A stretch of DNA of 23,053 bases from Oscillospiraceae bacterium. GTDB lineage: Bacteria; Bacillota; Clostridia; Oscillospirales; Acutalibacteraceae. The first letter of the stretch is position 1; each line of letters begins with the position of its first letter. The DNA lies in assembly GCA_031269595.1 (NCBI GenBank), contig JAISYX010000030.1, positions 1 to 23,053 on the forward strand. The letters are read 5' to 3'. The notes below the pieces were generated by a model, which worked only from the letters and a program-made list of their open reading frames with translations, did no database searches and was not told the DNA's origin. The position numbers and the translations under genes were made by a program. This document shows positions 15,244 to 23,053 of the stretch, piece by piece.

Positions 15244-15324
15244 TTGTTGACACCACGTGTCAGAGAGCCCGCACACAAAACTCTGTAAAAGATGTTTTGC
15301 TGGGCTTCCTGCGTCCTTTCTTGG
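15244..15324 (-). promoter_or_regulatory. Leader element copy C6 (long form)
   Basis: Sense reads CAAGAAAGGACGCAGGAAGCCCAGC...TTTTGTGTGCGGGCTCTCTGACACGTGGTGTCAACAAATG. Confidence 0.6.
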
Positions 15325-15339
15325 TTATTTTTCAAACGT

Positions 15340-16830
15340 TTAGTTCTCCAGTTTTATTGATTTAAGCCCGTAATATTTGCAAACTGTCATGTTTCTCCAG
15401 TCAGCGGTATCCTCTGTAATGTCGTCAAAGAAGAGTAGCGGCGGCTTGACGGAGTAGGGCTTTATCACGACATCCCCGCCTCTTGAGCTGCGACAGAGCG
15501 CAGTTCTTTGAACAGCCTCAGAATAGAACAACGCCGCCTCCCCTGATTTTATGGCAGCAAGAGCCTTAAAGGAGGCCGCCTCTGAAGCTTTAAAGGTAAA
15601 GGTAAAGCTCAAAAGCAGAGCAAGCGCAAAAGCGGCTATTGCCGAGCCTCTCACGGTTCGGAACTGCTTTGACCTAAGCTTAGACCTTATCAATGGAAGC
15701 AGCCTCTTGTGAACATATCCGCACATATAAAACAGAGCAGAAAATACGGCAAGGATGAATCCAAAATAGCAGGTTTCGCTTATTCTGCCCTTTTCCACGC
15801 CGCCTACTGCGTAAATCGGCGCAAAAAACTGAGCACAATAGCAGCAGTATATCACAGCCAAGGCCAAAATCGGCTTTTTAAAGATTAACTTACTCCCCTT
15901 GGCAGCCCTGTATATGAATGGCAAAATAAGCAGAAATACAAAAATAAATGCATGGCTTGCCCCTGATTTTGCAAATATCAGACCATATTTTAATGACCTG
16001 TAAATCGCAGGAAAAAACGGAGTTCCTGTAAAGAACTCGCTGCGGCTTTGAGTGCCCGGGGAGCTAACATTTAAAAGCAGTCCAAGGGCAGAGCACAGGA
16101 ACGCAGCCAAGTAATGCCACTTCTGTTTTAAAAAGCTGCGTCTTTCCCCTATTATCTGCCACAGACATAACAGCCCTAGCACTGTAGGAAAAAGGCTTGC
16201 GGTGATAAGGTTTGCGCCTCCCACTAAAAAGGAGAGGGCAGTGCACAGAACTCCAAGCACAACCTTGCCTCGCTTGCCATCCATTTTTATGACTAAAAGC
16301 AGAGAGAGCAGCATAAGCGCAAGGGAATAGAGCACAGTATAGGATATTGCGGCAGAGTACCAATAATACATTTGAACGGGGATTTTAACAAAATTTACCG
16401 TTACAAAGCTCACCGCAAGATATATTACAAACAGCCTTTTAGGCGGGATTCCCAGCACCTTAGGCAGTGCCCAGAGAAAAAACACAGCATTGGAGGCCAC
16501 AAGCGCACTTACTGAAATAAAGCATGTGATAAAATAGCAGCTCTCCCCAAATATATTGGGAGGAACAGCCGCAAGAAACATGCTTGTAAAGCAACCGTTG
16601 TATCTGCCGTATATGCTAATTGAGGAGTGAAATGCAGAGCTTAGCACTGCCAAAATAGAGTGTGTAGAATCCCACACCGCCGCCGCCGCTGCTCCCTGAG
16701 CAAAGTCGTCAGCAGAGGGCACGGCATACATGCCCAGCATATAAAGGGGCAGCAGACTGAGCAAAAACGCCCCCAGAAGAGCTGTGTTAAACCCTTTAGA
16801 GCCGCAAAAAGCCTTTATTTTGCAAAGCAC
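15340..16830 (-). CDS. Polytopic integral membrane protein, at least 12 TM segments, function unknown (possibly a GT-C-like glycosyltransferase)
   Basis: Highly hydrophobic 496-aa ORF. AAGAGGGGAA then about 10 nt then GTG start. Confidence 0.5.
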   Translation of the reverse strand: MLCKIKAFCGSKGFNTALLGAFLLSLLPLYMLGMYAVPSADDFAQGAAAAAVWDSTHSILAVLSSAFHSSISIYGRYNGCFTSMFLAAVPPNIFGESCYFITCFISVSALVASNAVFFLWALPKVLGIPPKRLFVIYLAVSFVTVNFVKIPVQMYYWYSAAISYTVLYSLALMLLSLLLVIKMDGKRGKVVLGVLCTALSFLVGGANLITASLFPTVLGLLCLWQIIGERRSFLKQKWHYLAAFLCSALGLLLNVSSPGTQSRSEFFTGTPFFPAIYRSLKYGLIFAKSGASHAFIFVFLLILPFIYRAAKGSKLIFKKPILALAVIYCCYCAQFFAPIYAVGGVEKGRISETCYFGFILAVFSALFYMCGYVHKRLLPLIRSKLRSKQFRTVRGSAIAAFALALLLSFTFTFKASEAASFKALAAIKSGEAALFYSEAVQRTALCRSSRGGDVVIKPYSVKPPLLFFDDITEDTADWRNMTVCKYYGLKSIKLEN

Positions 16831-16851
16831 AAAACCAGTTCCCCTCTTTGT

Positions 16852-17203
16852 TGATTCGTAATGCGTAATTCGTAATTAAAGGTGGATTTGCTGCGCAAAT
16901 TTTAATTCAATACTATCGATTAACACTGCCCTAATTCCCCTCTTCGGAGGGGAATTCTTCCGCCTACAGGGAGGAAGAGAGGGTGGTGCCTGCGGGAGTA
17001 CTACTCTCTTGATTTGTGAATTTTGGAGCGTGGTGCTTGCCTTTTAGCTTTTGGTTTTGTGCTCGCTCTTAATTATGTGTTAGTTTAAAGTGTTTGAGGA
17101 TGCATAAACCACCCCGCCCCTGCGGGGCACCCCTCCGTTGAGGGGAATGATATTATAAATCAAAATTTGCAAAGCAAATCCACCTTTAATTACGCATTAC
17201 GAA
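16852..17203 (-). repeat. MITE-like repeat, family 1, copy 3 (inverted), abutting the stop codon of the SDR gene
   Basis: Reverse complement is about 90% identical to copy 1. Outer TIR AAAGGTGGATTTGCTGCGCAAATTT matches AAATTTGCAAAGCAAATCCACCTTT, and the cgtaatg-type flanks are also inverted. Confidence 0.75.
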
Positions 17204-17920
17204 TCATGCATTAAACAACCCATCTACCCCCAAAACCTGCCCTGTTATAAAGCCGGCCTCAGTTGAGGCCAGGAACAGTGCGGCGTTTGCCACCTCATCG
17301 GGAGTGCCAATGCGCCCTAATGCGCTTTGAGCGGCCAGCTCGTTTAAATCCTCGGGGCTAAAGCCATGCAGCATTTGGGTGTTAATTACCCCGGGACTTA
17401 TGCAGTTTACCCTTATGCCCGAGGGTCCAAGCTCCTTTGCCAAGGCCTTAGTCAGGCCTATAACCGCCGCCTTTGCGGCCGAATACGCCGCCTCGCAGGA
17501 GGCTCCCGCCTCCCCCCATATAGAGGACATGGTTATAACAGAGCCGCTTTTGCGGCTTATCATTTGGGGCAGGATAAAATGGCTTGCATTGTATATGCTC
17601 TTAACATTAACGGCAAACAGCCTATCCCATTCCTTAGGGCTAAGCTCTGTAAACAGGCCGTAGGAGGCCGCTCCCGCATTGCAAACCAGCACATCAACAT
17701 GGCCAAGCTGAGAGAGAATCTCCTTGCAGCTGGCCTCAGTTTGAGCGTAATCGGCGCAGTCACATTTAAAAGCGGCTGCGCCTGTATTTTTAGAAAGAGA
17801 GCGTGCCTCAGCCCCACTGTTAAGATAGGTAAAAGCACAATTATATCCATTTTGCGTGAATTTTATAACGATTTCACGACCTATCCCACGTGAACCGCCA
17901 ACAATTAATGCTGTTTTCAT
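17204..17920 (-). CDS. Short-chain dehydrogenase/reductase (FabG-like 3-oxoacyl-ACP reductase family)
   Basis: TALIVGGSRGIGREI Rossmann motif, NAG, and a YSAAK catalytic motif. ATG 17920 is preferred over the ORF-track GTG 17935. Confidence 0.8.
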   Translation of the reverse strand: MKTALIVGGSRGIGREIVIKFTQNGYNCAFTYLNSGAEARSLSKNTGAAAFKCDCADYAQTEASCKEILSQLGHVDVLVCNAGAASYGLFTELSPKEWDRLFAVNVKSIYNASHFILPQMISRKSGSVITMSSIWGEAGASCEAAYSAAKAAVIGLTKALAKELGPSGIRVNCISPGVINTQMLHGFSPEDLNELAAQSALGRIGTPDEVANAALFLASTEAGFITGQVLGVDGLFNA

Positions 17921-18010
17921 TAGAGAGTACTCCACTAAAACTAAATGAGCATGATTTGAGAGAGCAAAACAGACGAAAAAGGTTCAACAAGACAAATTAC
18001 CGCAAAGCTT

Positions 18011-18136
18011 CTCAAACGTCTTGCGTTTGAGGGATGGGCGGGGGGATGCAAGGGGGACGCAGTGGAGTGTGGGAGTCGACGACTCTGCGCCCCCCTTGCC
18101 CGCATCTTTGCTTACTTTCTGGGCGGAACCAGAAAG
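18011..18136. other. Cluster of three hairpins in the SDR upstream region: CTCAAACG-n5-CGTTTGAG, GCAAGGGGGaCGCAG-n22-CTGCGcCCCCCTTGC, and CTTTCTGG-n6-CCAGAAAG, with G-runs on the plus strand
   Basis: Read from the sequence. None is followed by a U-tract. Confidence 0.4.
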
Positions 18137-18252
18137 TAAGTGCCTGTGCGGCATGAGCACAAGCTAAAACAATATCTTGCTTCACCTTAATGCAACTAAA
18201 TTAAAACTTAGAAAGCCTTTACTTCTGCTCAGCTGTCTTTTATCATTGAAGC

Positions 18253-19533
18253 CTACACTAGCTTATTCATAACCATTCCTGTTATTATTTTCGGGTAGAA
18301 GTAGGTTGACTTCTGGGGCATTTTTTCATCTGCTGCGGCAACCTCTCCAATTTCTGTCACTCTTGTGGGGTTTAGAATAAAGGAGCACTGGAACTCACCG
18401 GAATCCACCTTTGCAATGGCCTCTTCAAACACACGGGTGTAGGTAAGGTTGATTTGATTAGCCATGTTCTCTTTATCTATGCCCAGAGCTTCCTCTAAAA
18501 CAAGACTGTGGAGCACGGTTACATCCAGCTCACGCAATGCCTTGCTCGCCTTGGGGAGCTTCTCGGCCAATACGGCTATATCCTTAAGCACAAACAGCTT
18601 TGCCTTGCCATCGCCAAGATACAGCACAAAGGCCTTTTTATTCTGGTTATAGAGCTTTTCAAGTGTTGGCTCAATTTGAGAGGCATCTGCCTCGCTTATA
18701 TCAAAATACTGCGCTGATTTTGCATACAGCTCCTCAGGGTTAAAGGAGGGCAAATCACGCACCAGCCTGTGTGTCGGGAAGACAACTAAGCCCTCATGCT
18801 CCATATCCACAAGCAGCATCATTACATAATCAGAGGCCGCCCCCTCCTTTGCCGCAGCGGTTTGGCGCAGATGATTGCGGAAGTTAAGTGCGGTTTCATA
18901 GCGGTGGTGTCCGTCGGCTATATATAGCTTGCGGCTGGTAAATCCACCTGCAATCTCGGCTATTACAGCAGGGTCTGTAACGACCCAGAGCCTGTGTATA
19001 ACGCCGCCCTCGTCTGTCAGCTCCTGGTCTGGAGTGCATTGGGAGAGCTTTTCAATAAGGGGTCTTGTGGTTTTATCCTCATCTACATAAAGGGAGTAAA
19101 TCTGGCTAAAATTGCAGTTGGTGGCCTCCATAAGATTGAACCTATCTGCCTTGGCCTTGGAGAGGGTCTCCTCGTGGGGGAGCACTACGCCCTTTTCAAA
19201 TTCCTCCAGTTTAACACGGCATACAAAGCCCTTTACGCTCTTTTTGCTGCCGTAAGCAGTAAACTCCTCCTCATAGATATAAAGGCTATCCTGCGCATCC
19301 TGCGCGAGAATACCGGCATCCTCCCATGCCTTAAGGGTTTCCCCCGCTGTTTGATATGGGTTTTCGCCCTCACGGGGCAGCTCCAGCCGGATAACATTAT
19401 AGGGGTTGGTTTTGATAAAGTTAAGCCTCTGCTCCTCGCTTATAATGTCATAAGGGGGACAGGTCAGGGAGCTTATCTCACCTGCCTTTTGAGTGTTAAA
19501 GCGCAGTGCCTTGAATCCTTTGATTTCAGCCAT
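18253..19533 (-). CDS. DUF1015 domain protein
   Basis: IADGHHRYETAL and a C-terminal KSTYFYPKIITGMVMNKL typical of DUF1015. AAGGAGA RBS. Confidence 0.75.
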   Translation of the reverse strand: MAEIKGFKALRFNTQKAGEISSLTCPPYDIISEEQRLNFIKTNPYNVIRLELPREGENPYQTAGETLKAWEDAGILAQDAQDSLYIYEEEFTAYGSKKSVKGFVCRVKLEEFEKGVVLPHEETLSKAKADRFNLMEATNCNFSQIYSLYVDEDKTTRPLIEKLSQCTPDQELTDEGGVIHRLWVVTDPAVIAEIAGGFTSRKLYIADGHHRYETALNFRNHLRQTAAAKEGAASDYVMMLLVDMEHEGLVVFPTHRLVRDLPSFNPEELYAKSAQYFDISEADASQIEPTLEKLYNQNKKAFVLYLGDGKAKLFVLKDIAVLAEKLPKASKALRELDVTVLHSLVLEEALGIDKENMANQINLTYTRVFEEAIAKVDSGEFQCSFILNPTRVTEIGEVAAADEKMPQKSTYFYPKIITGMVMNKLV

Positions 19534-19613
19534 GTTTACATTCTCCTTGTTAATTAAATTATATTTGAGACTCTATATTTACTCCATGCCACATAGGTCT
19601 GCCCCTACAGTTT

Positions 19614-20414
19614 TTAGAGATACCCATTTAATAGCCTTTTTGCATTATTACAGCAAATATCCTCCAGCTCCTGCGGGCTTAAGCCGGCAGAGCGCAGCAC
19701 CTTAAGTGCGGCGGGCACTGTATCCCAAGGGGAATCTGTGCCAAATAGCAGGCGGTCTTTTGGGAATTCCTTTATTATTCTATCCACGCTTTTATCATAG
19801 CACCAGCCCAGCGCAGCGGAGGTGTCAAGATACACCGAGGTATCCTTAAGATAGAGCAGAGCCTCATCATAACGCCTGTAGCCGCCCATGTGTGCGATTA
19901 TAAGAGTGGCCTGAGGTACTGCCTTAGTGAGCCTGTAAACCCTGTGAGGAGTGCAGCGGGGCAGCTCAGGAAAGGAGGGGTCGCAGCCGCCGTGCAGCAA
20001 CACAGGAAGCTCCAGCTCTGCACAAATGCGAACGCAATTGACAGTTGCGGCATCGTCGCAGTCGTGACCAACAAAGTCTGAGTGTATTTTAACTCCCCTT
20101 GCGCCCAGAGCCTTAACCCGCTCCAGCTCGCCCTTTATGCCGGGGTGGTCGGGGTGCATACCTGCAAAGGCAATAAGCTTTGAATTTTGATTTTGCAGCT
20201 CAAGGGCATAATCGTTAATTCTGCCCACCTGACGCACATTGGTGGCCACGGGCAAAAGCACGGAATAATCAACCCCGTTTTGTTCCATTGCCTCAAGCAA
20301 ATGGGCGGCTGTGCCCTCTATGGCTCGTTTAAAGCCGCTTGTGCCCTCAAGAGAGGTGAGTGCCTCGGCGGCGATTTTATCGGGGAATATATGGGTGTGA
20401 AAGTCGATTATCAT
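19614..20414 (-). CDS. Amidohydrolase-2 (PF04909-like) TIM-barrel metal-dependent hydrolase
   Basis: MIIDFHTHIFP N-terminus with HxH metal motif. AAGGAG then 8 nt then ATG 20414. The ORF-track GTG 20420 is too close to the RBS. Confidence 0.65.
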   Translation of the reverse strand: MIIDFHTHIFPDKIAAEALTSLEGTSGFKRAIEGTAAHLLEAMEQNGVDYSVLLPVATNVRQVGRINDYALELQNQNSKLIAFAGMHPDHPGIKGELERVKALGARGVKIHSDFVGHDCDDAATVNCVRICAELELPVLLHGGCDPSFPELPRCTPHRVYRLTKAVPQATLIIAHMGGYRRYDEALLYLKDTSVYLDTSAALGWCYDKSVDRIIKEFPKDRLLFGTDSPWDTVPAALKVLRSAGLSPQELEDICCNNAKRLLNGYL

Positions 20415-20426
20415 AAGCACTGCTCC

Positions 20427-21020
20427 TTAGATATAAATATTAGTGCCTGTAAAGCCGCTAAAGGCAAGCCCAAGTATCCCTATATAAACAAGAGAGGCGG
20501 GGATACCCCTAAACGAGCGGGGAACCTGCGGGTTATCTATTCTCTCTATACCCTCGCACACAAGCCAGGTGGCTATAAAAAAGCCCACTCCCGCCCCTAT
20601 GGCAAAGCCAAGAGCAGCTGCAAAGCTTATTGAGAGCCTGCCCACAATAAGGGGCACACAAAAGACTATGCCGTTAAGGGCAGAGTTAGCCAGCACAGGG
20701 GCTATCTTATTATAAACATTTGGAGCAAGCTTTGCAAGCACTATTCTTGCTGCAAGATAAAGCACGCTAACCACAATTGCAAATATCAGCGGACGCAGAT
20801 ACATTGCAGCCCAGCCATCCTTGGCAAGTCTCATTAGGGGGAAGCAGAGCAGCTCCCCTACAAAGGCAAAAATAAACACCAGCAGGCAATAAAGAGGGTA
20901 TCCCTTGCGCCTTTTTGCAACCTGTAAAAGGCGGCTGGAGGCTATGCCTCCCGTAAATAGCATATTTTGCGTAAGCATTGCCATAAAACCATAGGTTAAA
21001 AATGCAGAGAGGCTGTTCAA
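20427..21020 (-). CDS. rnfA: RnfA/NqrE family membrane subunit
   Basis: C-terminus PRSFRGIPASLVYIGILGLAFSGFTG matches the RnfA P.FRG...GLMSLAF.GFSG signature. TTG start with AAAGGGGA RBS. Confidence 0.7.
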   Translation of the reverse strand: MNSLSAFLTYGFMAMLTQNMLFTGGIASSRLLQVAKRRKGYPLYCLLVFIFAFVGELLCFPLMRLAKDGWAAMYLRPLIFAIVVSVLYLAARIVLAKLAPNVYNKIAPVLANSALNGIVFCVPLIVGRLSISFAAALGFAIGAGVGFFIATWLVCEGIERIDNPQVPRSFRGIPASLVYIGILGLAFSGFTGTNIYI

Positions 21021-21024
21021 AAGC

Positions 21025-21639
21025 TCATCCCCTTTCAGTGCGGCGTGAATCTGCCGGCTTGTTTAAAATGCGTATATATTTGCTTAAAGCGGCGCAAAAG
21101 CCCAATGCTATAAAGCAGATAAAGGGCAGGCGTGCTCCGCTTAGCCGGAAGCTGTTTTGCATTTGAACTCCCCAAAGAGTCCCTGTTGTGAGCAGCTCAC
21201 GCACAATAGAGAGGAGAAGCACCACGCCCACAAAGCCCGCAAGGTTGCCGAGGGATTCACTCATGAAAACACGCCTGCTTTCGGCCTTGCTGCCTTTAAT
21301 TGCAGAGAGTATGGAGTTAACCGCCATTAGAGGTGCGAACACCCCAAGTGCGGCAATAGAGTGCTGCATTAGCAAATTGCACATCAAATAGGCGGGTATC
21401 AGCAGTGCAGTTGAGAGCACCATGTGTGCAGGAAGGCGGAAGCGGTCGGGTATTCTACTGGCAAGCAGGATGTCAAAGGCAGTGCCCCCAAGGGTGAGGA
21501 CGACCATAATAAGAGAGATAGCCACGCCGTTTTTAAGTGAAAGCGTGGTAGATATAACCGGCCCAAGCCCAATAGCTCTAACCAGTATGGGGTTTTTTGC
21601 AAATAAGATATGCATAAAGGCATGTTTGGGTTGCGGCAC
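21025..21639 (-). CDS. rnfE: RnfE/NqrD family membrane subunit
   Basis: NPILVRAIGLGPVI, IPAYLMCNLLMQ and FAPLMAVNSIL match RnfE/RnfA conserved blocks. AAGGGAGG then 7 nt then GTG. Confidence 0.65.
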   Translation of the reverse strand: MPQPKHAFMHILFAKNPILVRAIGLGPVISTTLSLKNGVAISLIMVVLTLGGTAFDILLASRIPDRFRLPAHMVLSTALLIPAYLMCNLLMQHSIAALGVFAPLMAVNSILSAIKGSKAESRRVFMSESLGNLAGFVGVVLLLSIVRELLTTGTLWGVQMQNSFRLSGARLPFICFIALGFCAALSKYIRILNKPADSRRTERG

Positions 21640-21660
21640 AGTTAAACCTCCCTTTTAAGT

Positions 21661-21715
21661 TGAAAATTGAAAGTTGAAAGTTGAAAATTAAGGCGAATTT
21701 GCTGCGGCAAATTTT
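21661..21715. repeat. Partial family-1 left flank only: TTGAAAG heptamer repeats plus AATTTGCTGCGGCAAATT hairpin, acting as a terminator-like hairpin 3' of rnfD
   Basis: Matches the left ends of the MITE copies but no TIR or core follows. Confidence 0.55.
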
Positions 21716-21787
21716 GATTAAAGGGTTTAAACTCTTCCTCCCTCCAAGAGGGAGCCAGGTAATTTAGGAATTCTTGCATCTTACCTC

Positions 21788-22753
21788 TTACCTCTTGCCT
21801 CTAGCCGCTAGCTGCATCCCCAGTCTATCCAGCGAATAGGATACGGCGTTTACCATTAATATTGCAAAGCAGGCCCCCTGCTCGTATATTCCAAAATACC
21901 GCAAAAGCATACATAGCAGGCCTCCCAGTGCGCCGTACATACCCCTTGCCACTGAGGACTTAGGGGCGGTGGAGGGCTCAGCTGCCATAAACACTCCCGC
22001 AAACACAAGCGAGCCTGAGAGCAGCTCAAAGGTGAGTGATTCCAGCCTGTTGCCCGGGATTCTGGGGAACAGCAGAGCAAAAACTGCGGCCGTTCCAATA
22101 AAAAACACAGGAATTTGCCACGGGACAGTCTTCCTTAGCATAAGATATATAGCACAGGCTGCAATTACCAGCACTGCACTTGTCCCCATAGGCCCGGGGA
22201 AGTTGCCCAAGGCCATCTCTGAAGGGAATATATCAGGCCTTGTGTGCCTGTGCAGCAGCAGTGCAGGGGATTCTACCCCCGCCAGATTAGGGTTTGCAAA
22301 AACAGGCAGAGGCTCAAGGAGCTTGGTATCTCTGTATTTAAATAATTCGCCTGTAAAAAATACGGTTGCAAAGGCTACGCCGCCTGCGGCGGGGTTAAAT
22401 GGGGTGTTACCCATGCCGCCTAAGGGCATCTTTACTACCAGAATTGCAAAAGCCGAGGCGGCCACAGGCAGCCACAGCGGAGCAGAAACAGGCATTAGCA
22501 TAGCAACAACAAGCCCAGTTACTACTGCTGAAAGGTCGGCTACTGTTATGTCCTTTCTTGCGAAAAGGCAGAAGAGAGCCTCAGAGACAACAGCCGAAAG
22601 CACAGCTGCTCCCGTTATGCTCAGCACCCTTAAGCTGCTGTAAATAAACGGTACTATAAGCAGCATAAGCAGCGGGATTATGGCATCCATCATAACAGAG
22701 CGTGAGGATTCTTTTTTTCTTACATGGGGAGCAAGCGCAAAATTTAGCGGCAT
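21788..22753 (-). CDS. rnfD: RnfD/NqrB family membrane subunit
   Basis: GGMGNTPFNPA signature. Alternative start ATG 22765 gives MVFVM, but that prefix comes from the leader element. No rnfC, rnfG or rnfB adjacent. Confidence 0.7.
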   Translation of the reverse strand: MPLNFALAPHVRKKESSRSVMMDAIIPLLMLLIVPFIYSSLRVLSITGAAVLSAVVSEALFCLFARKDITVADLSAVVTGLVVAMLMPVSAPLWLPVAASAFAILVVKMPLGGMGNTPFNPAAGGVAFATVFFTGELFKYRDTKLLEPLPVFANPNLAGVESPALLLHRHTRPDIFPSEMALGNFPGPMGTSAVLVIAACAIYLMLRKTVPWQIPVFFIGTAAVFALLFPRIPGNRLESLTFELLSGSLVFAGVFMAAEPSTAPKSSVARGMYGALGGLLCMLLRYFGIYEQGACFAILMVNAVSYSLDRLGMQLAARGKR

Positions 22754-22765
22754 AACAAACACCAT

Positions 22766-22830
22766 GCGTTGAGACCTTGCACACCAACAATATGTAAAAT
22801 TGTCTGCTGCGCCTGCGTCTCTTCCTTTCG
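22766..22830 (-). promoter_or_regulatory. Leader element copy C7 (long form)
   Basis: Sense reads CGAAAGGAAGAGACGCAGGCGCAGCAGACAATTTTACATATTGTTGGTGTGCAAGGTCTCAACGCATGGTGTTTGTTATG, nearly identical to C4. Confidence 0.6.
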
Positions 22831-22849
22831 TATTATTGGCGGTTTTTAA

Positions 22850-22965
22850 TAAACTCTGTAAGGTCTAAAGCGTTACGTTTCGTACGGGATGATGTCCACA
22901 TCATCCCGTGAACACCTGCAAATTTCGAGAAAATGGGACGATGTGGACATCGTCCCATATGCACT
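22850..22965. repeat. REP-like hairpin cluster (family 3), inverted copy of 225-345. Contains GGGATGATgtccacATCATCCC and GGGACGATgtggacATCGTCCC
   Basis: Reverse complement of 225-305 matches with only a few substitutions. On the minus strand the second hairpin is followed by ATTTTCTCG. Confidence 0.7.
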
Positions 22966-23053
22966 AACTTAACACAACAACTGCAAAGGGTGTCTGTTTC
23001 GTCTTTTTTCAACGCACAGGTTAATGAGCACTTGCTGTATATCTGAAAACATC

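Overview
This window looks like a chromosomal stretch from a Firmicutes/Clostridia-type genome (about 50% GC, AGGAGG-type ribosome-binding sites). It mixes core genes with several accessory-looking loci. Core genes: ylxM-ffh-rpsP-KH protein operon, pyrF type 2, an LCP family protein, a YfbR-like HD hydrolase, an SDR reductase. Accessory-looking loci: a decayed LXG/WXG-like type VII effector locus, an unannotated DUF1540 mini-gene, an NfeD / BI-1(YccA-like) / flotillin operon, an rnfD-rnfE-rnfA-only cluster fused to an amidohydrolase and a DUF1015 gene, two metallophosphoesterases, and a pterin-binding methyltransferase. The most striking content is non-coding. (1) A bipartite 45-80 nt leader element occurs in 8 sense-oriented copies. 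Each ends 12-14 nt before the real start codon of an unrelated gene: ffh, KH, metallophosphoesterase (two copies in tandem), NfeD, pyrF, methyltransferase, rnfD. (2) A ~340-bp MITE-like repeat with nested GC-rich terminal inverted repeats occurs in 3 full copies, flanked by AATTTGC-N3-4-GCAAATT hairpins that also occur alone. (3) A ~174-bp nested-palindrome repeat occurs in 2 copies of opposite orientation. (4) A REP-like cluster of perfect hairpins (GGGCAGAC... and GGGAYGATGT...) occurs as mutually inverted copies at both window ends. All coordinates were hand-counted and may be off by a few nt. Functional calls rest on recognisable protein motifs, not on database searches.
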